Part shown: positions 12,903 to 27,334 of the stretch, in pieces | How the letters are laid out: the number at the start of each line of letters is the position of its first letter | Position numbering within the stretch: the stretch's first letter is position 1 | Assembly: GCA_964016885.1 (NCBI GenBank) | Contig: OZ024743.1 | Coordinates: forward strand, 147,746,001 to 147,810,000 | Length of the DNA: 64,000 nucleotides | Direction of reading: 5' to 3' | Origin: Eledone cirrhosa | Lineage: Eukaryota | Notes under the pieces: model-generated | The model's database searches: none | Seen by the model: only the letters and a program-made list of their open reading frames with translations | What the model was told of the DNA's origin: nothing | Program-made: the position numbers and the translations under genes

Positions 12903-13328
12903 AGGGTGGTGGATTGGTAGTATCGGTAGAAAGACGGACACCATGCTTTGCAGCATAGAGTTACTAACCTTTACGGTTTGAGCTCAAATCCTGCCGAGGT
13001 TAACTTTGCCTTTCATCCTTACGGTGTCAATAGAATAAAGCACAAGGAACGTACTGGGGTAGATTTAATCGACTTTCCCCTCCCCTCAAATTATTGGCCT
13101 TGTGCCTATAGTAGAAATCATTATGAAATACGATCAAAAGGGCGGTGTATTGGCAGAATCAGCAGTGCGTCAGACCCCATGCTTTGCAGCATAAAGATAA
13201 TACCGCCGAGGTTAGCTCTGCCTTTCATCCTTATGGGGTCGAGAAAATAAAGTAACAGTAACGCAATGAGGTCGATTTAATCCCCACCCCAAAATTTCTG
13301 GCATTGTGTCTATATCAAAATCATTATT
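12903..13328 (+). mobile_element. two older, diverged copies of the tRNA-derived SINE
   Basis: 12903-13124 and 13140-13328 share the head, core and gaaatcattat-type tail. Confidence 0.8.
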
Positions 13329-14619
13329 ACACTCTATCAATAACTACTTTAGAATGCCTGAGGCTTCCGAAGTATACTGAAAATGTAATATTAGGTTAGA
13401 AACGTCTATCTTTGAGAGAAAATACGTTTGGCTAGATTATTCTATACCCCAGATTTCACTAAAGTACGCAAATGGTAAATGTAATTTATCTGGGTTAGTG
13501 TTCTGAAAAAAGCAGTATGATATTCATTGAGTCATGTTGATACATGAACTAATTACTCAGTAGGTAGGTGGTATACCGATAAAGGAAATGCGAGGGAAAG
13601 AGAAACAAAGAAATAAGAAGAGAGGGAGAAAATAGACAGAAAGTAATAATGCATTATTTTACTTGACGGTGAAGACACAGGATGCCAGTAATGTATTTTG
13701 GTAAAAAAAAAAAAGTTGTTAAATATCTTAGTAAACCTCAGAGCCATTATAATCTTTGACAATTCAATGTTCAGTCAAACTTCGGTAACATTATTTTTTT
13801 TCATTTTTTTGCTAATTTACATTCTTTTTACTCGGTCTATATAATTCAAGTAGTAGGATGGAATGAGTGCCTTCCTTTAACTCTCCCTCCAATTACATTG
13901 GTGCCTTTTTTATATGAAAGACTAATAAAATATCAACACTGAAATATGTAACAGCAAACATACGGTCGAAAACTATAGCCTAGATTTAACATTTCTGACA
14001 CGAAATTCTTTTTGTATTTGTTAATGATACTTCCATTTTCACATAGCCAGCACCCTCGCACTGTATAGTCATCGATTTGAATTCACTTCTTAACTGTGCT
14101 ATTTTACTTCAACTTTTATATCCTTGAAAACAAAAACATGATAAACACAAACATGAATGTAACAGCATTACCTTTCAGTCCCTTGTTCATGTGAAACTAT
14201 ATTTAAAAAAAAACAATAAATATTTCTTTTGATATGGTAGAAGCCCAACCTTTTTGCGAAAAGGATTTTGTGTTTTGGATTGACCTCAATGTATATCTGT
14301 TAGATTATTTTTTCAAATCCAGAAAGATGGGTCGCAAAATTGTCACAGAATATCAAATGATCGGCCGTCTCTCAAGTTATTTTTGAAAGTTTGATATACT
14401 TTTACTAGTAAAATTATGTGTTCCATTAAATTAACTAACGAAATCAAGTAAAGAACCGTCATTTGAAATGTCAACAATATGAACCTAATCGATTAATATA
14501 GAGAAAATGTGATATAAACCTTACGATGTACGTGACAATAAGGAAACAAAAAACAAAAGAAAGGAAAAGAAGAAGAGTAAGAAAAAATAAACAACGAAAG
14601 AAAGGGAGCAGGGGAGACA

Positions 14620-14942
14620 GACACAGGGTCTATACCCCAGTCTGAGCGGTGTTCCAGCTGCACCCCATGGATAAAATGATAAATTTATTGCCGTGGAGAA
14701 TGGACAGCAGCACCCACTGTAATAGCCACCCAACCTCAGGGGTCTCCTCCCTCGGGCGGGTTGCTGTTTTTCCGATTTTACGAAGGAAATTAAAGTGTGG
14801 GAAGCGAGGAATTCTGAGATCTCGACGGCGAGTGGTTGGAATAGGAAGCGGTCGATCAAGCCCTGGTATTTAGTCATCTTTCTCTCCTCTGCATTACGGG
14901 TGGCGATGCCTGGGTTTGTAGACGAAGCGACAAGGTAGTACT
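14620..14942 (-). pseudogene. CRE-clade-like non-LTR retrotransposon C-terminal RLE fragment
   Basis: PGIATRNAEERKMTKYQGLIDRFLFQPLAVE resembles the AE.RK..KY..L...F.PLAVET motif. Confidence 0.6.
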
Positions 14943-15027
14943 GAATTTGAAGAATTGTGACGAAAATTGTTGAATTTTTCAACGTTCGGTTCCCTTGCAT
15001 GTAACAATATTCAATCATTATCTAAAT

Positions 15028-15095
15028 CAGGCATGTCAAACATGCGGACCGCGGGCCGCATGCGTCCCTTTACAAGCCCAACTGCGGCCCGCACA
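15028..15095 (+). mobile_element. hAT (Charlie/SPIN-like) transposon terminus
   Basis: CAGGCATGTCAAAC followed by GCGGCCCGC-type subterminal repeats; matching end not identified. Confidence 0.55.
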
Positions 15096-16205
15096 AAAGG
15101 TTTTTGCAGCGAGATAATGTTTTACTTTTGTAATACAAAATAAAAAAATGTGTTGTAATGTGCGCAATTAGTTGTCGACATTTATGTAGCATGCATAAAT
15201 AAACATGTATCCTGTTAATTATAAATGTGTATTTCAGGCGAATGAGAAAGGAGAAGAGGAAAAAGGAAATCAAGATTTATAAGTCAGATATCGAAGAATA
15301 TAACGAGTTACTCTTTAGTAAAGTAAATGGAGGTAACACCACTAGACATTCACATATAATGAGCCACATCAATTTTAACAAATATAAAAAAGGATGAAAC
15401 TATAGTTGAATTTGTGTCATCACGTTTTCACCGGTAGTGTATTACTCTTAATTTCAACAGTGAGCAATACATTTCAATTCAAACAAAAAGATAGGGTAAG
15501 CACACTTGCCAAATTTAGTCTGTTAGCTATACGATATTTTGATGAGGACATAGCTGTGTTGTTAAAAAACCTTACGTGGCAAATATATTTTATCATAACC
15601 TGCATTTAACATTGAGTAGACAGGGACTGTGTGAGGCCTGTCAGAAGGATAGTACCTGCAATTCAAACGTACAGACCTGTCACATTATGTCGCAGTAATC
15701 TTTTTTCGGAAATTTAGTTAAGGGTGTACGTAACTGAGAAAATATTCAGCCAATTAAATGAGCTGGACGTTCAGTTGATCGGAAAACTGAAAGTTTATTG
15801 AACAATTATGTTATTTTCTGGGCAATCAATTACATTCGTGGTCGAATCACTTCACATATTATTCATTTCAGACTCAAATTGATGTACGGTTTAATAACAT
15901 TCAAAGTTGGAGTTTAATTAAATATCATCAAATAAAATGCGACCGAATGGTTATTAATATCAAATAGTTAGTATTATTGAAAATGCTTAGTCCCAGCGAA
16001 CGTGATCCACTGAAATAGGAATGCGGTTGGCCTGGATTGCTGCATGTGATTATTGAGTATTAAATAAATAATCAATAATTGATGTTGGAATATATAAACT
16101 AACACGTCATTATCTGTAGTAGCGAAACCAATTGCTGTAATCAAAAAGTGGAATAGCCAAATCACTCACTACCGCCCCCCCCCTCTCTATATATATATAT
16201 AAATA

Positions 16206-16345
16206 TATCGGTGTTGTTCGACTCAATAAAAAGTTTACTTAGTTGTGGTGTTCGGGTGGATGATTCTATATAGTTCCTAAGTAAGCGGCTCCTGGAGATT
16301 TAATAATAAAGATTGAAGAGTAACACCGATCGGCTATACAGCCGA
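16206..16345 (+). repeat. dispersed repeat; inverted copy at 18538-18677
   Basis: Reverse-complement match; both copies end in cggc..t.cagccg next to (TA)n. Confidence 0.8.
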
Positions 16346-16936
16346 TATATATATATATATATCCTCTGTCAGTTACACTTTCTCTCGACTGACCGCTTCC
16401 TCGCACTTCCACTCACCCACTTTCTGTTTCTCCCCTTCTCACTTCCTCCCGTTTGGCTTACAGTGGGTCTCTTCTTGCTTACATCTCACTCACGTCGGAC
16501 GTCTGTACCTTTCGCTCATGAAATCCACCCAGCTATTGCTGACCAGGACTACCATGTTGCTTGTTTTTTTCCTTTCTTTGGTTTGTTTTTATCCTTCTAT
16601 GTTGTTCACTTGTCCCCCTCGCTTTACGCGATTTACTGGTCCCAATAACTTTTTTAGTTATTGCTCGCACCAACCTGAGGTATCTGATTTTTAATGCGAT
16701 GAAATACCAATGATGGTTGGAAAATCACTGACGAAGGACTATTTTTATCATATGTAACCCATGCGCTAACCACGCAGTATTCTTCTTTCTTCTTATGTTT
16801 ATATATATATTTATTAAAATAATAGATTAAAGTTTACGGTTCTTATATATTTGATATATATTTATCCTTATCGAGCCCTCTTTGGATTTTAGTCTTCAAA
16901 TTTATTATTATTATTATTATTATTGTTATTGTTATT

Positions 16937-18122
16937 CCTTGAATCTCAGTCATTGATGTTGGTTAACTGGAAGGTCCGTTGGATTGAATATCAAGCCACT
17001 ACCTGCAGCCTCAGATATTCAGGACGTATCGGAGGGTTCTTGCTGTTCCAAGCAAGCATGCCTTTTGAAGCGTTCCAAAAAGCGTGAAGGGGCCGATTTT
17101 CTTTAACCATCCCTGGAAACCTTTGGAGATAGTCCCCAGTGCGCCTATGACAATCGGGATCACTTTGACTTCATGGCAGTTCCAAATCCTTTTCACCTCC
17201 CACTTTAGGTCCTGGTATCGGTTAATTTTCTCCCTCTCCTTCTCTTGCACTCTCGTGTCGAACGGGCAGGCCACATCCACAATCAGGCACGATCTTTTTT
17301 CTTTGTCCACAACCACCAGGTCAGGTCTATTGTGTTCCAGTTTTTTGTCCGTCTGTATCCTAAAATCCCACAGCACCTTCACCTGACTGTTCTCCATCAC
17401 CGCCTCTGGCCTATGCTCATACCATTTCTCAGAATGTGGTAGATTGTTTACTTTGCACAGGTGCCAGTGGATCACCCTGCCCATCACATCGTGTCTCCAG
17501 CCCTTATAGTGGGTCTGGGCTAGGTGTTTACACTCGGACACAATGTGAGCCACAGTCTCCTCTCTCTCTCCACAGATCCTGCACAGTGGGCTAGCCTCCT
17601 CCTTGTAGATATGGTGCTTCAACCACTTCGTTTTGAGGGCCTGCTCCTGCGCAGCCATTAGCATTCCTTCTGTAGCCTTTTTGAGGTCTCCTCTTCTCAA
17701 CCAGTTCCATGTCTGTGGATCTCTAAATTCAGTTTTCTCAAAGAAGGTACTATGAAGGGATTTTCCCTTAAGGCTGCTCTTCCTCCTTGATGTTATTTCC
17801 TCCTTGGACATCCCCTGGCCTACTGTCCCCTCCTTCAGTACAGTTCTGAGCATTGGCTCCTTACTATAGGTCACGTATTTGTTTTTCTCCATCTGAACAC
17901 AGTCCTCTATGCTGATAAGACCTCTTCCACCCTCAGATCTCCTTAGGTAGAGTCTATCGACATCACTCCTCTTGTGGAATATGTTGTAGATAGTCAATAG
18001 CATCCTAGTCTTCCTATCCATTTCTTTTTGTTCAGCAACATTCCATCTCAGAATTCCCGCACTGTACCTAATAATAGACACAGCTCGGGAATTTACTGCG
18101 CTTATGGCATTTCTGCTGTTCA

Positions 18123-18123
<1 letters not shown>
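16937..18123 (-). mobile_element. 5'-truncated R4/Dong-clade LINE (RT thumb, CCHC zinc knuckle, RLE) in (TAA)n
   Basis: Open frame from 17011: RLYLRRSEGGRGL, AAQEQAL, CRICGEREETVAHIVSEC, RHD, NRPDL..DVACP, PIVIGALG. (TTA)n on both sides. Confidence 0.93.
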
Positions 18124-18353
<230 letters not shown>

Positions 18354-18367
18354 TATATACACATATA

Positions 18368-18412
<45 letters not shown>

Positions 18413-18427
18413 TATATACACATATAT

Positions 18428-18463
<36 letters not shown>

Positions 18464-18480
18464 CACATATATATATATAT

Positions 18481-18542
<62 letters not shown>

Positions 18543-18749
18543 GCTGTATAGCCTATAGGGGTTACTCTTCAATCTTTATGATTAAATCTCCAGGAGCCGC
18601 TTACTTAGGAACTATATAGAATCATCCACCCTAACACTACAACTAAGTAAACTTCTTGTTGAGTCGAACAACACCGAACGTTAGAACTACCTCCGGCACA
18701 GAGTACTCATAACCTCTATTTGGATTCCCTTAAACGATACATCGTTAAC

Positions 18750-18862
<113 letters not shown>

Positions 18863-19009
18863 GAATATATATATATATATATAATTTGTATATATATATA
18901 TACATATATATATAGTAATAATAATAAAATTGAAGACTAAAATCCAAAGAGGGCTCGATAAGGAAAATATATATGAAATATATATCTGCGTTTACAGATT
19001 GACATTGTT

Positions 19010-19060
19010 AGTTTCAGAAGATCCCGTTAAGGGTGAAAGCAGCGATTCTTTGCTTAAACT
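19010..19060 (+). ncRNA. hammerhead-like fold with CAGAAGA (U4A) core, family H
   Basis: aguuu CAGAAGA u ccc guuaa ggg u GAAA gca...ugc UU aaacu; all three helices pair. Confidence 0.6.
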
Positions 19061-19076
19061 TTAATCTGTTATTTTA

Positions 19077-19166
<90 letters not shown>

Positions 19167-19213
19167 AATGAATAATAACAGGTAGACATCATAAAAAGGT
19201 AATTTATTCCGTG

Positions 19214-19325
19214 TGCTTACAAGTGTTTCCACGGTGGTACTGCAGCCTAGTTCCGCTACGTGCAAATTCACAAGTATTTGCAGAACTTGAATATCCAATG
19301 CTGTGACCACTGTTTCCTCAGAGCA
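19214..19325 (-). ncRNA. type I hammerhead ribozyme with long helix II (family C)
   Basis: ugcu CUGAGGA aacaguggu...accaccgug GAAAC acuu GUA agca; lies in the 3' region of the EN at 19796-20287. Confidence 0.7.
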
Positions 19326-19795
19326 GAATGGTAAATGTACAATGTAAAAACCCTTAAGTGGGGTTGTTGGGGAAGATAGAGTGGAACAGGAAGAGAGAAG
19401 GAAAGATATGCAGGGGTTGGAGAAGTAGGAGAGAGTGGCTTGTAGATATCTTAATCAAAATGTTATGGTAGGGGTTTTATTAGTTACTTTTGGAGAGATG
19501 CGTAGATAGTTGAGGTCGGAATTATTTATTGCCCCAGAGGGCAGGTTCATAGATGTTGAGAGGGAGGTAGGTCAAAGGTGAGAGAGAGAGAGTGTAATGG
19601 ATGTAGAGAGAGATATATAGGTAGAGAGGGGACAGATAAAGTATACGTGGTGAGTGAACTTTTGGTTTTGTAGTAGTAATCTAGGAATTGTACTGAGTTA
19701 CCATGTATAGTGATAAGCAGTGTATTGTCTTGTAGTGTGGGGGAGAAGAGAAGGTTGTTAGCTAGAAAGTGGTGTTGTAGTTACGGGTTCGAATG

Positions 19796-20287
19796 TTAAG
19801 TTATTTTATAGTGAGAGAATTTAGCTTTTAGTTTGTGGTTGCAGTATAATGATCGTTCAATTCTATCGTTAAGTAGTTTGTTTTTGGATTTTAGTATGTA
19901 AAATAGCTCAAGGTTACATAACCTGCAGTATTTCGATCCACTCCGATATGCATTTGCGCTGGAAAGTATATCCCATTTTAAGGTGAACTGTTGGTTGTGT
20001 TCACGGAGTTGCCAGGTCTTGTTGGCGAGCGTGGTCACAAAACGGTGATTCGGATGTTTGATTGAGAATCGATGACGGTACCAGCGAGATTTAAACGATG
20101 TGGTGGTAGATCCGATATAATACCATTTCTGGTCGTTCGATTCAACCGTGCATTGGTAAACAATGTTGGACTTTAGGCATTCATTCTGCAATGGACATCT
20201 TTCAGGTAGATGGCAGTTACATTCTTTGTTGCGGGTAGCGGGTATACCATGGATAGGTTGTGATAACGGTACAGGTGGGTTGTGCAA
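19796..20287 (-). CDS. Penelope-like (Neptune-type) GIY-YIG endonuclease domain, uninterrupted but 5'-truncated (no RT)
   Basis: CNC..PERCPLQNECL Cys-rich linker, IVYQC...YYIGST..FKSRWYRH, TTLA, W, CRLCNLELFYI, LLNDR.E...CNH. Confidence 0.85.
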   Translation of the reverse strand: MHNPPVPLSQPIHGIPATRNKECNCHLPERCPLQNECLKSNIVYQCTVESNDQKWYYIGSTTTSFKSRWYRHRFSIKHPNHRFVTTLANKTWQLREHNQQFTLKWDILSSANAYRSGSKYCRLCNLELFYILKSKNKLLNDRIERSLYCNHKLKAKFSHYKIT

Positions 20288-20520
20288 TACCCGTCTATAT
20301 ATAATTTGTAGAAAACTTATAATGAAACAATTGTTTGGAAAGAGAGATATATTTTTACTTTAATTATATCTCATAAAATAATACAATTGGCTTTCCACAA
20401 AATACATATAGCTAGCACCCCAAACACTTAAATTGGTTTATACTAACATATAACCTAATGTTTGTTGAGTGAGATGGTTACAAGTCGGAGTTTAGCTTTA
20501 AGCTATCTCTGTTATTGTAT

Positions 20521-20587
<67 letters not shown>

Positions 20588-20596
20588 ACATATAAT

Positions 20597-20728
20597 AATA
20601 ATGGTTTCTTATATAGGCACAAGGCCTGCAATTTGAAGAGAAGTGTAAGGTCGATTAAATAGACCCAAGTACTTTACGGGTACTTTATTTTATCGACCCC
20701 GTAAGGATGAAAGGCAAAGTTAACCTCA
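20597..20728 (-). mobile_element. partial tRNA-derived SINE
   Basis: Core and tail of the same family. Confidence 0.8.
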
Positions 20729-21404
20729 TCTTCCCATACATCAATACATCACTTCATACATAAATACATATATAAATACCTATATTTATATATATCAAAA
20801 TAAAAATCTGAAGGGAAGGTAAAATTCCAATTATTTAATCACGACACCTGCTTCAATAAGAGATAGATCGATCGTAAAGTCATGATCAATTACCACTGTT
20901 CTCATCAGGTGAAAATGAATTGTCTTCAACACAGAGTTTATTCCCTCATATGAAGATCCAGTAGTCAGAAATACGGCGACTGCTATCAGCTTCAGTTAGG
21001 GTCATAAAACTGTCAAATCTCCATAGCTGCAAAGGACCCTGGACATTAATCGGATCGGTAGAAATACAGTCGGTCACAGTTAATGTGTACACACACATTC
21101 AACACCCATACACACCGGCTCGAGGTCAAAGAAAAAAAAAAAAAATATATATATATATATACATATACACATATCAACACAGCATCAAACCTGTAGAACT
21201 ATAGAGGGTCACAATTAGTGTGAGTGGGTACACACACACTCTCACACACACCGAAGCGATGTCATAGAAAAAAAGAACAAATATAAGAATAAGAATATAC
21301 CAACACAGCATTCACCGAAAGTTCGTTTACAAAACAACAAATGCTACATTGGTCAAATCCCAATTTGACGATGTAAATTGGAAATATTGGGTTAACCACT
21401 GCCC

Positions 21405-21440
<36 letters not shown>

Positions 21441-22004
21441 AGCAAGTAAGTTTAGTGTTCTGTTATACATGTATAGATTGAATTGTAACATCCGTATTTT
21501 CAAGTGTATGTTATGGTATATACACATCCCTATCGTCCCAAAAAGTGTATGTCAGGTATATACACATCCATGTGAAGAGCAAGCCATCAGCTCATATCGA
21601 ACTCAGTATGTACCGCTGTCTCATTGAGAGTCTGAGTCCCCAAACCCGTGCGTGCAAGCAACTGCAATGTAGGCTAGCAAGGGGCTCCGTGTAGGGTTGG
21701 GTATTTGGGTTAATATGTCAGTAAGTGGGATTTCCGGTCAAATGGGCCCTTGGGCTTTTAAGATAGGTGTTTGAGTGGTGGAGGTGTGTTACCCAACACA
21801 AAAGGTAAAGTAAATAACAAAGGATAGCAAAACCCAGAGGCTGTGTGTAGGCCCATTAATGGTGTGTAAGTATTATTGTTCAATCCGTAACTGTGAGCAC
21901 TCTATGGTTAGATGATCACGGATCCAAACCTAGTGTAGTGTTCAATCGGTAGGAACGTGACCAGTCGCAACTGTGGGAACTCAATATCTAAAGAAAACGG
22001 GTAC

Positions 22005-22375
22005 TGTAGCCGTTAATATGCATAAGGAAAGTATATACTTTCAAAAGTTCAATCATCTGACAGAAAGGTATACGATGCTGAGGATAGCTAATAAGCTTGA
22101 AACTAGTGTATCATTCCTGTGTCAGTGTTGAGCAAAAAGGCCACGATGGTTGCCAAACACTGTACGGCGTAATTCGGGCTGTTTGTTTACAAACAAACCG
22201 AACATTATAATAAATGTTCGGTAAACCCATACGTGCATATATATATATGTGTACATGTATGTATATATATACATACATGTACGTCTGTATACATATATGT
22301 ATGTACGTGTATATACTTACATTTAAGTGTCAGCCGTAGTAAGAGCGAGAAATGAAATTTCGTTTCATTTTCTAT
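22005..22375 (+). mobile_element. family A repeat, solo partial copy with decayed HHR (22072-22114)
   Basis: CTGAGGA...GAAACTAGTG (GUG site, damaged helix I); same 3' end into (TA)n as at 6141. Confidence 0.85.
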
Positions 22376-22482
22376 ATATATATATGTATATATATATATA
22401 GTTATTTATACCAATATATATATATATTACACACATACATACACATATATATATATGCATACATACATAGATACATACATGT

Positions 22483-22519
<37 letters not shown>

Positions 22520-22546
22520 GATTATCAATATAAGTATTATCGGGGC

Positions 22547-22675
22547 ATCCACTGATGAATTATAGGAGCCCACTTGAATATATATCTATTGATGGTATAC
22601 AAGCTCCTACATAAATTGGTATAATTTCACCCAAATTGTAGGAATCCTATAATGAAACGAGACGTCCGTCCGGGA
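22547..22675 (+). ncRNA. hammerhead ribozyme with long helix II (family D pLTR)
   Basis: CTGATGA attatagga...tcctataat GAAAC g..cGTC; 9-bp helix II base, weak helix I. Downstream 22630-22850 matches 20300-20520. Confidence 0.6.
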
Positions 22676-22845
22676 AGAGATATATTTGATATGTCTCATA
22701 TGAAATAATACAGCCAATTTTCCACGCAATACTTTTAGTTAGCACCCCGAACACATAATTGGAAATATAATCACTTATTTCCTAATGTTTGTTGAGTGAG
22801 TTGGAATTTGGCCGGGGTATCGCTAAAAAGCTTTCTCCGATATTG

Positions 22846-22896
<51 letters not shown>

Positions 22897-23648
22897 CGAA
22901 GGAAATGTGGTAAGGAACCAGGTGGACCATAACGCACCAAAGTACTCAATACTTGAGGTAGTAGAGTGGGTAATAGGAACCAGTAAGACCCCGACAGCTG
23001 AGCTCAAGCCGTTTCGACGGCTAATTCTGGACTAGTCCAGAATATTGTTCCTATATATATATATATATATATAGGAACGTTTGATGCAGTTGCATATAAC
23101 CATGTATGTAAATGTGAACAATACGTTGGGGTATATGCGTTTGTGTTTTATGTTATAAGTATAAACGAATATGACTGCATATTGAAGAGTATACATGCAT
23201 ATATATGTGCATGCATATATATGTGCATGCATATATATGTGCATGGATATATATGTGCATGCATATCTATGCATGGCTGTGTATAATTGCCAATATATAT
23301 ATGCGTCAGAATGTTTGTTTTTCCTTCATTTGTTTGTCGGTTTGTGTATATTCTCATGCGTATGTGTGAGTAAATAATATATATGTGTGTGTGTGTGAGT
23401 GTGCAAGTGTCACTTTTTGTATACTTGTGGGTATAACGAACAAAATTATAACGAAACAAATTCAACTAACTTCGAGAAAAATTCAAAATACAAACAAAAT
23501 AAAAACAGAACAGAGATTCTATTACGTAAAAAAATGAAATGAAAATAATGATGACAGCACAAAAGCAAAAATTAAAAGCAACATATAACAGAATTCGAAA
23601 CAAAAACAACAGTTAATACCATAGTTAAATTCACAAGTAAAAATCTAT

Positions 23649-23733
<85 letters not shown>

Positions 23734-23832
23734 AATATATATATATATTTATATAAATATATATATATATAAATAAAGATATATATATATATAAAGAGTA
23801 ATAACACAACAGTTAGTTCACCATACCGAGAA

Positions 23833-23879
<47 letters not shown>

Positions 23880-23883
23880 ATAT

Positions 23884-23964
<81 letters not shown>

Positions 23965-24440
23965 AGTATGCATGCATGTATGTATGTGGTATGTATATAT
24001 GTGTGAAATAAATAAATAAACATATATATGAACACTAATTTTACTAGTTTATGATATGGTGTTTATAACTTTTTGCTTGAAAAATACTTTTTATCTTCAT
24101 TCCCATTTATATTGCAGGGATACTTTTTTCTTTTCCTTTTTGATTTGTTTGATAAATTCAATTTTTTTTTCGTCTGCGAGTTGTTGATGTTACTATTGTT
24201 GTAGAATTTGTATTTGAGATCTTTTAATTTTAATTTATTTTCAATTTCTATTTTTCCTCATTTTTCTCCACTCCCCCCGCGTTCTCCTGCAAAAAGTAAA
24301 ATAGTTTCAACAAAAATTTAGTAATTTAATTTTTTTATGGTCTATTATATAGCATTTATTTGTGTAATATTTATTACATTATCTTGTTTGTTTTCAGTTT
24401 TATCTTTTACCTTATTTCGTTCTCACATTTTCTGAAGATG

Positions 24441-24505
<65 letters not shown>

Positions 24506-24529
24506 CGTTTGTGTGGTCTGTGTGTGTGG

Positions 24530-24578
<49 letters not shown>

Positions 24579-24808
24579 AATATATATATGTATATATATA
24601 TGTATATATATATATATATGTTTGTGTGTGTATATATATACATATATACATATATATATTATATATATTATATATATTATATATATATACACGTTTGTGT
24701 GTGTGCTTGTATAATTATTTGCCTCGCATTTGTTTTTAATTCAAATTTGAAATACTCTTTCTTAAAGAGTATTTTTGGGTGTTTTTTAAATCTTTACTTT
24801 TATATATA

Positions 24809-24862
<54 letters not shown>

Positions 24863-25800
24863 TTCTCCATATATATATATATATACATATAGAACGCATC
24901 ACTCCCTTCTCAAACCAGTACACACCCGTAAACCTCAATTTTCTCAATTCACGTTTTCCTTCTTTGCATATCTCACTCCATCTATCTTTCACTTTTTACC
25001 CAGTTTCCTACATTTCTTTAACAACTTGTCTAAAAAAAATTAACAAAGAAAAATTCAACAACGAAAATATTTAAGAAAACAGCAGCAACAACATATAATA
25101 ACGGAAAAACGTTCAGAATCAAAAATAAAAGTAAAACAGATGAAAAAAGAGGAGAAATTATTGTTTTTTCTTATTGTTTTTATATATTTTAAAACTTCAA
25201 AAAATGCTGTGAATAAATTTAGCTCAGCTTGAATATTGTGATCTCATTACTTCATTAAGGACCGTGTCGAAATGAGCCCTTAAAACCACAAAAATGTCCA
25301 ACATTTTGTCAACTTTACCTCATTTTACATTTTATTGGAGTGCGTATGAAACCAGATTAGACAGGACAGTGCAACTTGGTGGTAAGGAAATGTGGGAAGG
25401 GAAGGCATAGTCACTGGAACATGCTGGAAAATATCGCCAATTAAAAAAAATACAAATAGACATTTTTAAATTCTTTTTTTTGTAAATTAAATAACGAAAG
25501 TAATATTTATTTGAAGAAGAATAAATAAAACAGCACAAAAAAATTGAAGAGACATGGATAGAGTATGTAGTGGAATAGGAATGAGAGAGATAAAAAATGA
25601 CATAAAATTCGAGGGAGAGGGAGGAATGCAGAGAGAGATGGAATGGGAGAGACATGGAATGAAGGGAAGAATAATAGACATATTATGTGTGTATACTTAG
25701 AATCAATGACGATGAGAGAGTGACGGAAAAGAAAATAGAGTGAGATGGAGTGCCTGTGTGTGTGTGTGAGAGAGAGAGAGGGAGTGAGAGAGAAAGAGAG

Positions 25801-25842
<42 letters not shown>

Positions 25843-26987
25843 TGTGTGTGTGTGTGTGTTTGTGTGTGTTTGTTTGTATTTATGTGTGTAATATTAGTAG
25901 TAATAGAAATAGTGAAATGCATGGAATGATGCATTGAATGGTGCATTTTTTCATTCCTTATGTCGACACGTATTCAAATTGAAGGGGGAACGAATCAGGA
26001 AAGAAAATACACAAACGGGTTCTAAAAGAAACACGTGAGCAATAGAAAAGTAGAGAAAGACAGAGGAACAGATAGAGAAGTATTGCAAGAGGCCCTGTTA
26101 CCCTGATTTTTGTTATTGTTGTTGAAAGTGAGCTAAACAATGTTTTTACTAACTACGAAAAGTGTTGGTTTTTCTGACACTTTATCTGATTTGTGGTAAC
26201 GAGTTGTAGACATAATTAGCCTGTATATGTGAATATCTGTGTGCGTTTCTGTATCTATGTGTAAGGGTGTGTGCTATGTTGTGTTAGTGGTAATGTATGA
26301 TGCTACAGATAGATAATAATGATATGATTGAAGTGAACTTCAACTGGTGCGTCACTTCACCCGTTGGCAGAATTCCACGAGCGGGCGAGGGGTTGGGTCT
26401 CTACTGATCCATAGTATGATGAAACAAGCAATGAGATTGAGTAATTCTACCACCGTTCTTAACTGGCATTTCATTTTTCGTTTACCTTGGAATAATGGAA
26501 GGTAATTTTGATCTAAATGAGAAGTGAATACAAAACTTAAATAGCCAGAATAAATGCGGTAAAGTAATTTGTTAAACATTTTAACTCATCTACCAATATG
26601 CTATCGATCGAATACTTAGTATCTATAAAATATACGAAACCTAGCATAATAAAGATACATACCCACTCCTTCTCACTCTCTTTCTTTCGCTCTCATTATA
26701 TATATATAATATGAATTATTTATATATGACATAAATAAAAAAGGACGAGGGGTTAGATCTTCATTGCATTTATTGAGGAGGGGCGCGCGTTTCGCGATTG
26801 TTCAGCTCAAGGTTTGATCAAGCCTTGAGCTGATTAATCGCGAAACGCACTCCAAATCATAATAAATGGAACGAAGATTTAACACCTCCTAGATTCTATT
26901 TTTATTATTAGTACAAGACCATTATACCTACTTGAAACTACGCATCGAGTGCTCACTTCGATGAACCTACTGTAACTGGACGTTACA

Positions 26988-27054
<67 letters not shown>

Positions 27055-27145
27055 CAACATGACCCTCCCAAAGCATAACAATATCGGTTTCAACACACGT
27101 TTTCAGATAAAGAATCTCGCTAAACAAATTAAATTCAGAAACGAA

Positions 27146-27263
<118 letters not shown>

Positions 27264-27291
27264 GTATGTATATATATATATCTACATAATC

Positions 27292-27329
<38 letters not shown>

Positions 27330-27334
<5 letters not shown>

